Origin: Rikenellaceae bacterium
Lineage (GTDB): Bacteria; Bacteroidota; Bacteroidia; Bacteroidales; UBA932
Assembly (NCBI GenBank): GCA_022771245.1
Contig: JALFCH010000033.1
Location: 2,347-66,346, forward strand
Reading direction: 5' to 3'
Length of the DNA stretch: 64,000 nucleotides
Both the position numbers and the translations under genes were made by a program. Below the pieces are notes generated by a model. The model searched no databases. It saw only the letters and a list, made by a program, of their open reading frames with translations, and was not told where the DNA came from. Of the stretch, positions 46,564-56,848 are shown piece by piece. Position 1 is the first letter of the stretch; each line of letters opens with the position of its first letter.

Positions 46564-49161
46564 ATGAAGATACAACTCAAGCCCATAACCAGGAATCTGC
46601 TCATAGCGGCAGGCATAGTTCTGTTTTTTCTCTTCCTGTCCTATTTGTTCGTACCTCAGGTCCTCAGCGGTAAAATCGTGAACCAGGGCGACATATCTTC
46701 CTGGAAGGGAATGGCAAACGAGGCCGTAACCTACAATGCGGACCATCCCGACGACAAGACCCGATGGACCGGATCAATGTTCTCCGGAATGCCCACCACT
46801 GGCACCGTGGATGACTATGACGGCGACTGGACTAAATGGCTCTACAATCTCCTGCTCACGGGAAAACGTCCCGCCACCTATTTCTTCATTGCGCTTCTCG
46901 GAGGTTTCCTGCTCTTCCTCTCTTTCGGAGCAGGCATCATTCCGGCCATAGGAGGTGCCATAGCCATAGCCTTCTGCTCCTACAATATGCAGATTATCCA
47001 GGTGGGCCACAACACCAAGATGCAGGCAATAGCCTATTTCCCCTGGGTACTCGCCGGAGTGGTCTATACCTATCGCTCGGCAATGGGCAAAGGCCGCAAA
47101 TGGCTTCCGCAGACCATATTCGGGGCCGTGCTCTTCGCCCTTGCACTGAGTTTCCAGATCAAGGCCAATCATCCTCAGATTACATATTACCTCGCCATAG
47201 TCATATTTGTGCTGGCTCTCACTCTGATGATATGGACCTTTACCCGTAAGGACAAGGCTCTGACCGGACGGTTTTTCGCGGCATCGGCACTGCTGCTGGT
47301 CGTGGGCTGCGTGGGTATAGCCACCAATGCCAACAAACTCCTGCCCACCTATGAATATTCATCCTATACCATGAGGGGCGGTTCGGAACTTGTGGCTGAG
47401 AAGGCGGAGGGGAAGGCCGGCGACGGATTGGATCTGGAATATGCAACTGCCTGGTCCTACGGCATAAATGAAATGCCCAACTTGCTCATACCTGCGTTCA
47501 ACGGAGAGGCATCGTCCTGTGATCCGCGCCTGAAGAACGGAGCCACGGAACAACTTCTGCGTCAGGCAGGACAAAAGAATGTGAAGGAGACCGTGAAGGC
47601 TCTGCCTATGTACTGGGGACCGCAACCTTTCACTGCCGGGCCTATGTACCTGGGTGCAATAAGCATTTTCCTGTTTGTGCTCGGACTCTTCCTTTTCAGG
47701 GGCAGGGACAAAATATGGATATTGACAGCCACGGCACTCGCCATTCTGCTCTCCTGGGGCAGCCATTTTATGTGGTTCACGGAGCTCTGGTTCAAATATG
47801 CGCCTATGTACAACAAGTTCAGGACGGTTTCTATGGCTCTGACCGTGCTGCAGGTGACGGTTCCTCTGCTGGGCTTCCTCACTCTGGACAAAATCATAAA
47901 GGAGGAGTATAACCACAAGAAGATCGTCAAGGCAGTGCTTTGGGCATTGGGGATTACAGGCGGTTTCTGCCTGATTTTCACTCTCTTCCCGGGCCTGGCC
48001 GGCAGCTTTACCTCGGATGCTGACAGGGGCATTCAGGATATGCTTGTGGAAGCGCTCAGGGAAGACCGCAGGACTATGTTGCGTCACGATGCCCTGCGCA
48101 GCCTGCTTCTGGTTGCGGCGGCAGCAGTCTCCCTTATATGGTGTTACAGGACCAGGGAACCTTTCGTGGCAAAGGGCAGGGTGTACATAGTCGGAGCTTT
48201 CATCTCATTGCTTTGCCTGATTGACCTTTTCGGAGTGGGCAAACGCTACCTCAATTCAGACCATTTCATCTCACCCAAGAAATGGGAGGCGCAGTTCAAC
48301 GAAAGGCCTGTGGACAACTACATTCTCGCCGATGAGGACCCATCCTTCAGGGTGCTGGATTTGAGCGTGAACACCTTCAACGATGCCCACCAGAGTTTCC
48401 GCCACAAATGCATAGGCGGTTACAGCCCGATCAAGATGCAGCGTTATCAGGACCTTATAGAGCAATACATATCACCGGAAATCAATAAGATATACAAAAC
48501 GGCCGGGGAATGTGCCACCATAGGGGAATTCGAGGAGAAACTGCCATATCTGCCTGTGGTGTCGATGCTTAACGGACGCTATGTCATACTTGACGGGAAC
48601 ATTGCTCCGGCAGTGAACGGCTATGCCTTCGGCAACTGCTGGTTCGTGGATGCTTTCCGCAAGGAAGAGACCGTGAATGCGGAATTTGAAGCCCTCTCAA
48701 GCACTGATTTGAGTTCAGTGGCCGTGCTTGGGCCGGATTTCAGCCATCTTGAATTTGAAGAAGGCGCCTCCCTTTCAGAGAGCGATTATATAGGAATGAC
48801 CTCTTATGAACCTAACGAACTCCACTACGAATGCAGACTGTCAGGCACCAGGCCGGTGATTTTCAGCGAAATCTATTATCCGGAGGGATGGAAGGCGTGG
48901 ATAGGACCGAAGGGCGGGGTCGGAGAGACCGTGGGGGACAGGTTTGTCAAATCCCCGGATGCTGTCGAGGCTGAAATTTTCCGTGCCAACTGGACTTTGA
49001 GGGGTATGATGGTTCCTGAAGGGGAATATGAAATCGTGATGAGGTTTGAACCTCAGTCCTATATGGTGGGAGAAAAGATTTCCCTTGCGAGCTCCATTAC
49101 CCTTATTCTGCTGGTGCTGCTTTCCGGAGGCTTATTGTTGATTTGGAAGAAGAAGGACTGA
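46564..49161 (+). CDS. YfhO-family polytopic membrane protein (predicted GT-C glycosyltransferase)
   Basis: QGDI, WTGSMFSGMP, many TM helices, H.QITYY, YWGPQPFTAGP.Y.G, YNKFR, GGYS, SEIYYP.GW, RANW.LR. Confidence 0.85.
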   Translation: MKIQLKPITRNLLIAAGIVLFFLFLSYLFVPQVLSGKIVNQGDISSWKGMANEAVTYNADHPDDKTRWTGSMFSGMPTTGTVDDYDGDWTKWLYNLLLTGKRPATYFFIALLGGFLLFLSFGAGIIPAIGGAIAIAFCSYNMQIIQVGHNTKMQAIAYFPWVLAGVVYTYRSAMGKGRKWLPQTIFGAVLFALALSFQIKANHPQITYYLAIVIFVLALTLMIWTFTRKDKALTGRFFAASALLLVVGCVGIATNANKLLPTYEYSSYTMRGGSELVAEKAEGKAGDGLDLEYATAWSYGINEMPNLLIPAFNGEASSCDPRLKNGATEQLLRQAGQKNVKETVKALPMYWGPQPFTAGPMYLGAISIFLFVLGLFLFRGRDKIWILTATALAILLSWGSHFMWFTELWFKYAPMYNKFRTVSMALTVLQVTVPLLGFLTLDKIIKEEYNHKKIVKAVLWALGITGGFCLIFTLFPGLAGSFTSDADRGIQDMLVEALREDRRTMLRHDALRSLLLVAAAAVSLIWCYRTREPFVAKGRVYIVGAFISLLCLIDLFGVGKRYLNSDHFISPKKWEAQFNERPVDNYILADEDPSFRVLDLSVNTFNDAHQSFRHKCIGGYSPIKMQRYQDLIEQYISPEINKIYKTAGECATIGEFEEKLPYLPVVSMLNGRYVILDGNIAPAVNGYAFGNCWFVDAFRKEETVNAEFEALSSTDLSSVAVLGPDFSHLEFEEGASLSESDYIGMTSYEPNELHYECRLSGTRPVIFSEIYYPEGWKAWIGPKGGVGETVGDRFVKSPDAVEAEIFRANWTLRGMMVPEGEYEIVMRFEPQSYMVGEKISLASSITLILLVLLSGGLLLIWKKKD

Positions 49162-49162
49162 A

Positions 49163-49684
49163 ATGGAAATTTGTGTAATAGCTGCAGTGGCTGCAGATGG
49201 GGCAATAGGACGTGGCAATCAGTTGCTTTGGCATCTGCCCGAAGATTTGAAGAATTTCAAGGCCACGACTATGGGCTGTCCAATCATTATGGGAAGAAGA
49301 ACTTTCGAGTCCCTGGGTATGCCTTTGCCGGGCAGGAAAAATATTATTGTTTCCACCAAAATAGAGTCCAGGCGATTGATTTTCACAAGGGAAGGCAAAT
49401 CCAGCCTCGAAGCTATGACCTGTCCTGACCTGGATTCGGCGCTTGCTCTCGCCTCTGAAAACGCCGACAAATGTTTCATCATAGGAGGGGCAAGGCTCTA
49501 TGCGGAGGCTCTCGGAATTGCCGACAGGCTCTATATCACCCATATCGATGCCACGGCGGAAGATGCGGACGCCTTTTTCCCTCCAATCGACCCGAAAAAC
49601 TGGAAGGAGATTTCCCGTTCGGAAACCCGTACCGATGCCGCCACAGGAATCACTTTCCACTATTCCGAGTATGTGAGGGCCTGA
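49163..49684 (+). CDS. folA: Dihydrofolate reductase
   Basis: IAAV...AIG..NQLLWHLPEDLK.FK..T, IMGRRTFES, PLPGRKNI, FIIGGA.LY, ADAFFP. Confidence 0.95.
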   Translation: MEICVIAAVAADGAIGRGNQLLWHLPEDLKNFKATTMGCPIIMGRRTFESLGMPLPGRKNIIVSTKIESRRLIFTREGKSSLEAMTCPDLDSALALASENADKCFIIGGARLYAEALGIADRLYITHIDATAEDADAFFPPIDPKNWKEISRSETRTDAATGITFHYSEYVRA

Positions 49685-49736
49685 CTTGCCGATTTCATTA
49701 TTTCTGACTAAATTAGCAAGCTAATTCGCGAAACAA

Positions 49737-52388
49737 ATGGCAAAGGACAATTCCGGTCTCACACCGATGATGAAACAGTATTTTACTGTCAAGGCACAGC
49801 ACCCTGAGGCGTTGCTGCTGTTCCGGTGTGGGGATTTTTATGAGACTTACGGGGATGATGCGGTGCTTGCCAGCAAGATACTGGGCCTGGTGCTCACCCG
49901 CCGTTCCAACTCCTCTCCGGATTCAGTGCCTATGGCCGGTTTTCCCTTCCATTCCCTCGACAGTTATCTTCCGAGACTGGTGCGTGCGGGTTACAAAGTG
50001 GCTGTATGTGACCAGCTGGAGGACCCCAAACTTACCAAGAACATTGTAAAGAGGGGAGTTACCGAGGTAGTTACCCCGGGTGTGGCCTTCAACGAGCAAC
50101 TGCTGGACCAGAAAGAGAACAACTTCATTGCCGGACTGAGTTTTGATGCGGACAAATGCGGGGCAGCCTTTCTGGATGTCTCCACGGGCACTTTCCAGGT
50201 GGCGGAGGGCAAGTTGGACTATGTGTTGAACCTTCTGGACTCATTCAAGCCCAAGGAATTGCTGGTTCCCCGAGGATATGAAAAAGGCATAAGGGAAAAG
50301 ACCGGAGACCGCTATTACATTTCAACTTTGGAGGAGTGGGCCTTCGTCTATGACAATTCGGTCGAGAAACTGAAGAAACAGCTCAAGGTGGATTCGCTAA
50401 AGGGTTTCGCCATAGACAATTTCGCGCTTGGAGTGACCTCCGCCGGGGCTTTGCTCATATATCTGGAACAGACCCAGCACGCGGGTTTGGGCAATATCTG
50501 CTCCATTTCCCGCATTGACGGCGACCGCTATGTCTGGATGGACCAGTTCACTTTCCGCAATCTTGAAATTTTCTCCGCAAGCTCGGGCAAGGACGGGGTG
50601 AGCCTTGTGGATGTTATGGACCGCACCGTCAGCCCTATGGGTTCCCGCCTTCTTCGCAACTGGATGGCCCTTCCGATTATGGATTTGGAAGAACTCAGGG
50701 AGCGTCAGGATGTGGTGGAATGGTTCGTCAGCCATACGGACAGGCTGGATGCTTTGAGGGAACTTGTGGGGGATATAGGCGACCTCGAAAGGGGAGTTTC
50801 AAGGGCTTCTGCGGGCAAACTACTGCCTCGCGGGGTGCTGATGGTCAAGCGGGGACTGTCGCAGTTGGGGCCGGTAAAACAGCTGTGCGAAAGCAGTGAC
50901 AGCGATGCTTTGCGTAAGTTATCCGGGGCCATTTGCGAGTGCCGCGAACTTCTGGATGACATAGAAAAGACCATAGACCCGGATACTGCCTCTATGCTGG
51001 GCAAGGGAGATGTGATAGCTCCGGGAGTTTCGGAAGAACTGGATGAACTCCGCCGTATCGCCCGTCACAGCAAGGACTATCTGCTGGAAATCCAGCGCAG
51101 GGAAACCGAGCGCACCGGCATATCCTCCCTCAAGGTCAATTACAATTCCGTTTTCGGCTATTATCTTGAGGTCCGCAATGTCCATAAGGACAAGGTGCCG
51201 GAGGACTGGGTGCGCAAACAGACTCTCGTGAATGCGGAAAGATATGTCACCAAGGAACTCAAGGAATATGAGGAGAAGATACTTGGGGCAGAGGAAAGGA
51301 TATATGTGCTTGAGACACAGATATTCAATAATCTCGTGGCAAAAATCCGCGAGAAGGTGGCGGTGATTCAGAACAACTGCCGTGCGATTGCGAAGATAGA
51401 TGTGCTGGCCGGATTTGCCCGCATTGCCATAGACAGGAACTATTGCCGTCCACAGATCAACGACGGCAAGTCTCTGGACATAGTCTCAGGAAGGCATCCT
51501 GTCATCGAGACTATGATGGGTCCGGGCGAGGAATATGTGCCCAATACTGTCCATCTGGACTCTGACTCGCAGCAGATCATCATCCTTACCGGTCCGAATA
51601 TGGCAGGAAAATCGGCTCTTCTTCGTCAGACCGCCCTCATAGTGCTGCTGGCTCAGACAGGTTCATTCGTGCCTGCGGAAAAGGTGGTAATGGGCCGTTT
51701 CGACAAGATTTTCACCAGGGTGGGTGCATCGGACAACATATCCCGAGGGGAGTCCACCTTTATGGTCGAGATGCTGGAGACGGCTATGATTCTGCATAAT
51801 ATTTCGGCAAGGTCCCTGGTGCTGCTGGATGAAATCGGCCGTGGAACCTCCACTTACGACGGAATGTCCATAGCCAGGGCCATAGTGGAGTACATCCACG
51901 AAAACGGTCAGGGGGCAAAGACCCTTTTCGCCACCCACTATCACGAACTCAACGATATGGAGCAGACCTTCGCCCGTGTGAAGAATTTCCACATTGCAGT
52001 GAAGGAAGTGGGCAAGCAGGTGATTTTCCTCCGCAAGATGGTGGAGGGAGGCGTAGCCCACAGCTTCGGACTGCACGTTGCGCGTATGGCGGGAATGCCT
52101 TCTCAAGTGATAGTTTCGGCTGAAAAGACCCTTGCAGCGCTTGAAAGCGGGGAAGGAAAATCCGGAGCCGCAAAGTTTAGTGCAGCCAAGCAGATAAAGC
52201 CCCACAATGTGAAGGAAGGAAGAGTGGAGGGAGACGGTTCTCTGCAATTGAGTTTCTTCCAGCTGGAGGACCCTCTGCTGTCTTCGCTCAAGGATGACCT
52301 GGAGGCAGTGGACCTCAATTCCATAACTCCTCTCCAGGCCTTCGACCTGCTCCGCAAGATGAAAGAAAAAATGGGATTAAATAAGTGA
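49737..52388 (+). CDS. mutS: DNA mismatch repair protein MutS
   Basis: [52 protein letters not shown]. Confidence 0.98.
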   Translation: MAKDNSGLTPMMKQYFTVKAQHPEALLLFRCGDFYETYGDDAVLASKILGLVLTRRSNSSPDSVPMAGFPFHSLDSYLPRLVRAGYKVAVCDQLEDPKLTKNIVKRGVTEVVTPGVAFNEQLLDQKENNFIAGLSFDADKCGAAFLDVSTGTFQVAEGKLDYVLNLLDSFKPKELLVPRGYEKGIREKTGDRYYISTLEEWAFVYDNSVEKLKKQLKVDSLKGFAIDNFALGVTSAGALLIYLEQTQHAGLGNICSISRIDGDRYVWMDQFTFRNLEIFSASSGKDGVSLVDVMDRTVSPMGSRLLRNWMALPIMDLEELRERQDVVEWFVSHTDRLDALRELVGDIGDLERGVSRASAGKLLPRGVLMVKRGLSQLGPVKQLCESSDSDALRKLSGAICECRELLDDIEKTIDPDTASMLGKGDVIAPGVSEELDELRRIARHSKDYLLEIQRRETERTGISSLKVNYNSVFGYYLEVRNVHKDKVPEDWVRKQTLVNAERYVTKELKEYEEKILGAEERIYVLETQIFNNLVAKIREKVAVIQNNCRAIAKIDVLAGFARIAIDRNYCRPQINDGKSLDIVSGRHPVIETMMGPGEEYVPNTVHLDSDSQQIIILTGPNMAGKSALLRQTALIVLLAQTGSFVPAEKVVMGRFDKIFTRVGASDNISRGESTFMVEMLETAMILHNISARSLVLLDEIGRGTSTYDGMSIARAIVEYIHENGQGAKTLFATHYHELNDMEQTFARVKNFHIAVKEVGKQVIFLRKMVEGGVAHSFGLHVARMAGMPSQVIVSAEKTLAALESGEGKSGAAKFSAAKQIKPHNVKEGRVEGDGSLQLSFFQLEDPLLSSLKDDLEAVDLNSITPLQAFDLLRKMKEKMGLNK

Positions 52389-52395
52389 GATTGAT

Positions 52396-53496
52396 ATGAC
52401 AACTATTTCAGATATAAGAACTTACCTTAAGGAGGTTACCCATCCGGCCAAGGCCGACAAAAGCATAGTTGAGCTGGGAATGGTGGACAAAGTGAGCGTT
52501 TCGACAAATGCGGAAGGAGCGCCGAAAGTCTCGGTGACACTCGCATTCAGCCGTCACCGCGACCCTCTTGCGGAATACCTCATAGGCAGCACAAGAGCAG
52601 CCCTCATACGCAATCTTCCGAAGGGGGCGGATGTGGAAGTGCTGACGGTGGTCAAGGATGAGCCGAAACCTAAGAAAAAGCCGGGTCTGGACCTGGGGCT
52701 TGAGGAAGTGGCAAATGTGAAACACATAATAGGAGTTGCATCAGGCAAGGGCGGAGTGGGCAAATCCACTGTGGCTGTGAACCTTGCCGTGGCTCTTGCC
52801 CGCCTGGGATACAAGGTGGGGCTTGCAGATGCCGATGTCTATGGCCCTTCCGTGCCCAAGATGACTGCCACCGAGGATGCAGTGCCTGAGTCCTTCCAGA
52901 TTCCTGCCGCAGAACCGGGGGAAGAGCCCCGCGATGTGATTATGCCTATAGAGAAATACGGAGTGAAGTGGATGTCCATAGGCTATTTCGCCCGCCCGGA
53001 CCAGGCTCTGATATGGCGTGGCCCTATGGCCTGCAATGCGCTCAAACAGATGATTCTGCAAGTGCGGTGGGGAGAACTGGACTTCCTGCTCATAGATATG
53101 CCTCCTGGAACAGGTGACATACACATCAGTCTGGTCCACGATATTCCCATGTCCGGTGCAGTCATAGTGAGCACCCCTCAGGATGTGGCCCTTGCCGACG
53201 TGGAGAAGGGCGTGAATATGTTCCGCAATGAAAATGTAAACAAGCCTATTTTCGGCCTTGTGGAGAATATGTCCTGGTTCACTCCGGAGGAACTCCCTGA
53301 TAACCGTTACTACATTTTCGGAAAGGACGGCGGCCGCAAGATGGCAGAAAAATACGGACTTGACCTTTTAGGGCAGATTCCTATAGTCCAGAGCATAAGA
53401 GAAGACGGGGACGCAGGAACACCGGCCGCACTCGGAACCGGACCCCAGGCCCTCGCCTTCCTCTCTCTTGCTGAAAAACTCGCCGGCAAACTGTGA
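52396..53496 (+). CDS. mrp: Mrp/NBP35 (ApbC) Fe-S cluster carrier ATPase
   Basis: [41 protein letters not shown]. Confidence 0.93.
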   Translation: MTTISDIRTYLKEVTHPAKADKSIVELGMVDKVSVSTNAEGAPKVSVTLAFSRHRDPLAEYLIGSTRAALIRNLPKGADVEVLTVVKDEPKPKKKPGLDLGLEEVANVKHIIGVASGKGGVGKSTVAVNLAVALARLGYKVGLADADVYGPSVPKMTATEDAVPESFQIPAAEPGEEPRDVIMPIEKYGVKWMSIGYFARPDQALIWRGPMACNALKQMILQVRWGELDFLLIDMPPGTGDIHISLVHDIPMSGAVIVSTPQDVALADVEKGVNMFRNENVNKPIFGLVENMSWFTPEELPDNRYYIFGKDGGRKMAEKYGLDLLGQIPIVQSIREDGDAGTPAALGTGPQALAFLSLAEKLAGKL

Positions 53497-53498
53497 TG

Positions 53499-55667
53499 TC
53501 AGCGGACGATGTCCATTTCCTCAATCAGGTGGGATGCTCCGCCGAACTTGTCTATAATCAGGAGCACATAGCGTATGTCCACATTGATGCACCTCTGGAG
53601 GTTCGGCTCGAACATTATGTCGGAACTCATTGATTCCCAGTTGCCGTCGAAGGCCAGGCCTATGAGTTCGCCCTTGGCATTCATTATAGGGGAACCTGAG
53701 TTTCCGCCGGTGATGTCGTTGTTGCTGAGGAAGCAGGTGTGCACCTTGCCGTCCTTGTCCGCGTACTGGCCGAAATCTTTTGCAGCGTGGATTTGCTTGA
53801 GTTTTTCAGGCACTGCAAATTCCCAGCTTGTCTGGTCGTCCTTCTCCATCACTCCGTCCAGTGTGGTGAACCAGTCGTATTCCACAGCATCGGCAGGGGA
53901 GTAGCCCATAACCTTGCCGTAGGTCAGCCTCATAGTGAAGTTTGCATCCGGGTAGGAAGGTTGTCCTTTCTTCCACTCGAGATTGCCCGCAGTCCAGGCT
54001 TTGCGGCCCTTGGCCAGTTGCTGTCCGTATTCTGCTGCTGCGGCCCCGAAACTGAGGTATTTGCTTAGTATGGATGAGTAAAGTTTGGTGGCAGGGTCGG
54101 AGTAAACTGCACTGACACCCTGGTTCTCAATGGCTTCATAAGCCTTTTCCGCACTTGTGAAGATGCTTTCGGCAAAGAGCCTGTCCACATAGGCGGAAAT
54201 GCTGTCCTTGCTGTAGTCCGGTATGATCCAGTAGGCTGAGTCTGTCTTTTCGTGGTAGAGGCGGAGCATTGCTTCCGTGATTTTCCTGTCGGTGGAAAGG
54301 GAGTAATCCTTGTACGGGTCGTGTTCTCTGATGAAGTCTATGGTTGCCTTCACCACAGCTGCGCTGTCCAGGCCTTGCTTGACGGCTTTGCGTGCACCTG
54401 AGGATGCCATACCTCCCATACGGGCGAGTTCACTCATATATACGGTTTCGATAATCCAGGTGGAGATTTCGGAAAGCTTTTGCGTGCCTTCGACTGCAGT
54501 GCGGATGTCGCTGAGCGCGTTTGCATATTTCTCTGTCCTTTCGGGATCGGCTGCCGCCCATTCCATAAATGCCGCTTCATCCTCTTCGGCCCTCTCAATC
54601 ACTCCCAGTTTGCGGAAGGCTATTTTCATTCCCTTCCACTTCTTCCAGCCGTTGGATGAACCGGAGTATTTGCTGGCATACTGGATTTTCACTTTAGGGT
54701 CTGCCTGCATATCTTCCATCATAAGGTTCTGACGGAGGGTACGGGCCTCGATGCGGATGTCGTTCTGTGCGAGCATCTGACGCAATTCCGCAGAGGTGCC
54801 GAAACGGTTGGTGCGTCCCGGATAGCCCATAATCATAGTGTAGTCCCCGCTCCTGACTCCCTTGAGGGAAATTTTCAGATGGTTCTTCGGCTGCAGAGGC
54901 TTGTTTTCCGGACTGTAGTCTGCCGGTTCGTTGTCCGCTCCGGCATAGACCCGGAACATAGAGAAGTCGCAGGTGTGACGCGGCCACATCCAGTTGTCGG
55001 TGTCTGCTCCGAATTTGCCTATGGTGGAAGGCGGTGCTCCGACAAAACGGACGTCACGATAGACCTTATACACTACGAGCAATTGCATATTGTCGTTGTA
55101 GAATGAGATAACCTCGGCTTCACAGTTGGGATACTTTTCTTCTGAGGCGCTGACGAGTTCATCCTTCTTTGCCTTTACTGCATCCTGAACACGGACATAT
55201 ACATCTGCACTGTCCCTGTAGCTTTCCCGGGCCAGAGCCTCGGCTGCAGCAATCTCCTCTGTGACATCGCTTATGCTTTCCAGGAATTTTACAGTGAGGC
55301 CTTCGCAGGGCAGTTCCTCGCTGCGCTGCATTGCCCAGAATCCGTCCTGGAGGTAGTTGTGCTCAATGCTGCTGAGAGCCTGGATGAAGGAATAACCGCA
55401 GTGGTGGTTGGTGATGAGAAGGCCCTCGTCGGAAATCATTTCGCCTGTACATCCTCCTCCGAACTGCACGATGGCATCCTTGAGGGATATTCCGTCGGCA
55501 TTGTAGATCTGTTTCGGGGAGAGTTTGCATCCCATCTTCTTCATTTCCTTTGCGTTCATTTTTTCGAGCCACTGGAGCAGCCACATTCCTTCATCTGCCT
55601 TCAGGCTGAACGCGGAGCCTGCCAGAAGTGCCGTCACGAGTGACAGCGATAACAAAAATTTCTTCAT
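53499..55667 (-). CDS. dpp7: S46 family dipeptidyl peptidase, DPP7 type
   Basis: ADEGMW, TNHHC, DNWMWPRH, TGGNSGSP. FDGNWE has Gly at the S1 position as in DPP7; DPP11 has Arg there. Confidence 0.9.
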   Translation of the reverse strand: MKKFLLSLSLVTALLAGSAFSLKADEGMWLLQWLEKMNAKEMKKMGCKLSPKQIYNADGISLKDAIVQFGGGCTGEMISDEGLLITNHHCGYSFIQALSSIEHNYLQDGFWAMQRSEELPCEGLTVKFLESISDVTEEIAAAEALARESYRDSADVYVRVQDAVKAKKDELVSASEEKYPNCEAEVISFYNDNMQLLVVYKVYRDVRFVGAPPSTIGKFGADTDNWMWPRHTCDFSMFRVYAGADNEPADYSPENKPLQPKNHLKISLKGVRSGDYTMIMGYPGRTNRFGTSAELRQMLAQNDIRIEARTLRQNLMMEDMQADPKVKIQYASKYSGSSNGWKKWKGMKIAFRKLGVIERAEEDEAAFMEWAAADPERTEKYANALSDIRTAVEGTQKLSEISTWIIETVYMSELARMGGMASSGARKAVKQGLDSAAVVKATIDFIREHDPYKDYSLSTDRKITEAMLRLYHEKTDSAYWIIPDYSKDSISAYVDRLFAESIFTSAEKAYEAIENQGVSAVYSDPATKLYSSILSKYLSFGAAAAEYGQQLAKGRKAWTAGNLEWKKGQPSYPDANFTMRLTYGKVMGYSPADAVEYDWFTTLDGVMEKDDQTSWEFAVPEKLKQIHAAKDFGQYADKDGKVHTCFLSNNDITGGNSGSPIMNAKGELIGLAFDGNWESMSSDIMFEPNLQRCINVDIRYVLLIIDKFGGASHLIEEMDIVR

Positions 55668-55746
55668 ATCATTTTGAGTTTGTCAATATTTCTTTCTGTG
55701 GCATCATCGGATGCCGGGGTCATAGGATGCCTCGCTGTTCCTGAGG

Positions 55747-56433
55747 TTAAAACAATGTGTTTTCAAGTTCCTTGACATGGAAACTGCGCCTGTGGTGCGG
55801 AGTGTATCCATATTTCCGTATGGCTTCAATGTGTGCGGCAGTAGGATAGCCCATATTGCTGTCCCATCCGTATTCGGGATATTCCTTTGCCAAGGAGCGC
55901 ATATAGTCGTCCCTGTAGGTTTTTGCCAGCACCGATGCCGCTGCAATTGATGCGAATCTCCCGTCCCCCTTGACGAAGGTCTTCCACGGCAACCCTTTCC
56001 AAAGCTCCATTTGCTCGTATAGCCTCCCTCCCGCATATTCCTGTGCAAGAGCCGCTTCCGGAAGAAATCCCAGGTCTTTGAATTTGTTTCCGTCAACAAT
56101 CAGGGTCTCCGGACGCACTGTAAGCCGTGTCACCGCCCTCCACATCCCTGTAATTGAAGCATTGAGTATGTTGATGCGGTCGATTTCTTCGGCGCTGACC
56201 ATCTCCACAGCCCACGCCACCGCTTCCTTTTCGATAATCTCCCTGAGCAGTTCCCTGTCCCTGCAACTCATCTGCTTGGAGTCATTCAGCAGCGGATGGC
56301 TGAAATCCTCCGGCAAAATGACCGCAGCCGCAAACACCCCTCCCGCGAGCGGCCCCCTGCCGGCCTCGTCGCATCCCGCCTCAAGTTTCCCCGTCTCATA
56401 TCTGGACGGCAGTGCTGTTTTCAATTTTGTCAT
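55747..56433 (-). CDS. rnhB: Ribonuclease HII
   Basis: GCDEAGRGPLAG, LNDSK, VDGN, KGD...SIAAASVLAK, GYPT..H, HRRSF. Confidence 0.95.
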   Translation of the reverse strand: MTKLKTALPSRYETGKLEAGCDEAGRGPLAGGVFAAAVILPEDFSHPLLNDSKQMSCRDRELLREIIEKEAVAWAVEMVSAEEIDRINILNASITGMWRAVTRLTVRPETLIVDGNKFKDLGFLPEAALAQEYAGGRLYEQMELWKGLPWKTFVKGDGRFASIAAASVLAKTYRDDYMRSLAKEYPEYGWDSNMGYPTAAHIEAIRKYGYTPHHRRSFHVKELENTLF

Positions 56434-56753
56434 CGTTTCAATAATTTGTTCGGAATGGAGCTGATACCCTTTTCTGCAAATTAACGAAGATTATTTGAAA
56501 AGGGAGTCAAGTGTTACCGTGTGATTTACCACATCGGAATTTGCTCCTGTTGAGATGCCGAAAGACGCGACTATGGCAACCTGTATAGAGTGTGTCCTAC
56601 TGCAAAAATTCTTGATGCGAATGTATGAAAATCTTCCGAGAAAATCAGCGAAATTGCTCAAAAATTCATCATTTTCGCTGAATTTCAAGTCGGCTTGAAT
56701 TAGATTTTGAGGTTCGCAAAGTCCCAAAATGTTGTTTTTATGGATAAGTTTTA

Positions 56754-56761
56754 TAAATTTG
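56754..56761 (+). promoter_or_regulatory. Bacteroidota -7 promoter element for fusA2
   Basis: TAAATTTG about 90 nt upstream of the ATG. Confidence 0.6.
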
Positions 56762-56848
56762 CGAAGATGATTTGCCGATGCTGGGCTCACGGTCCTGGCG
56801 AGGCGGTCGGAGAATACACATTTACACAACTATAACCAATAGACGGAA

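Noticed and set aside
53250-53330. Mrp/ApbC lacks the C-terminal CxxC ([12 protein letters not shown])
   Set aside because: As far as I recall this is the normal Bacteroidota form, so it is not specific to this genome.
56519-56534. CRP-like TGTGA...CACA upstream of fusA2
   Set aside because: The half-site spacing does not fit TGTGA-N6-TCACA.
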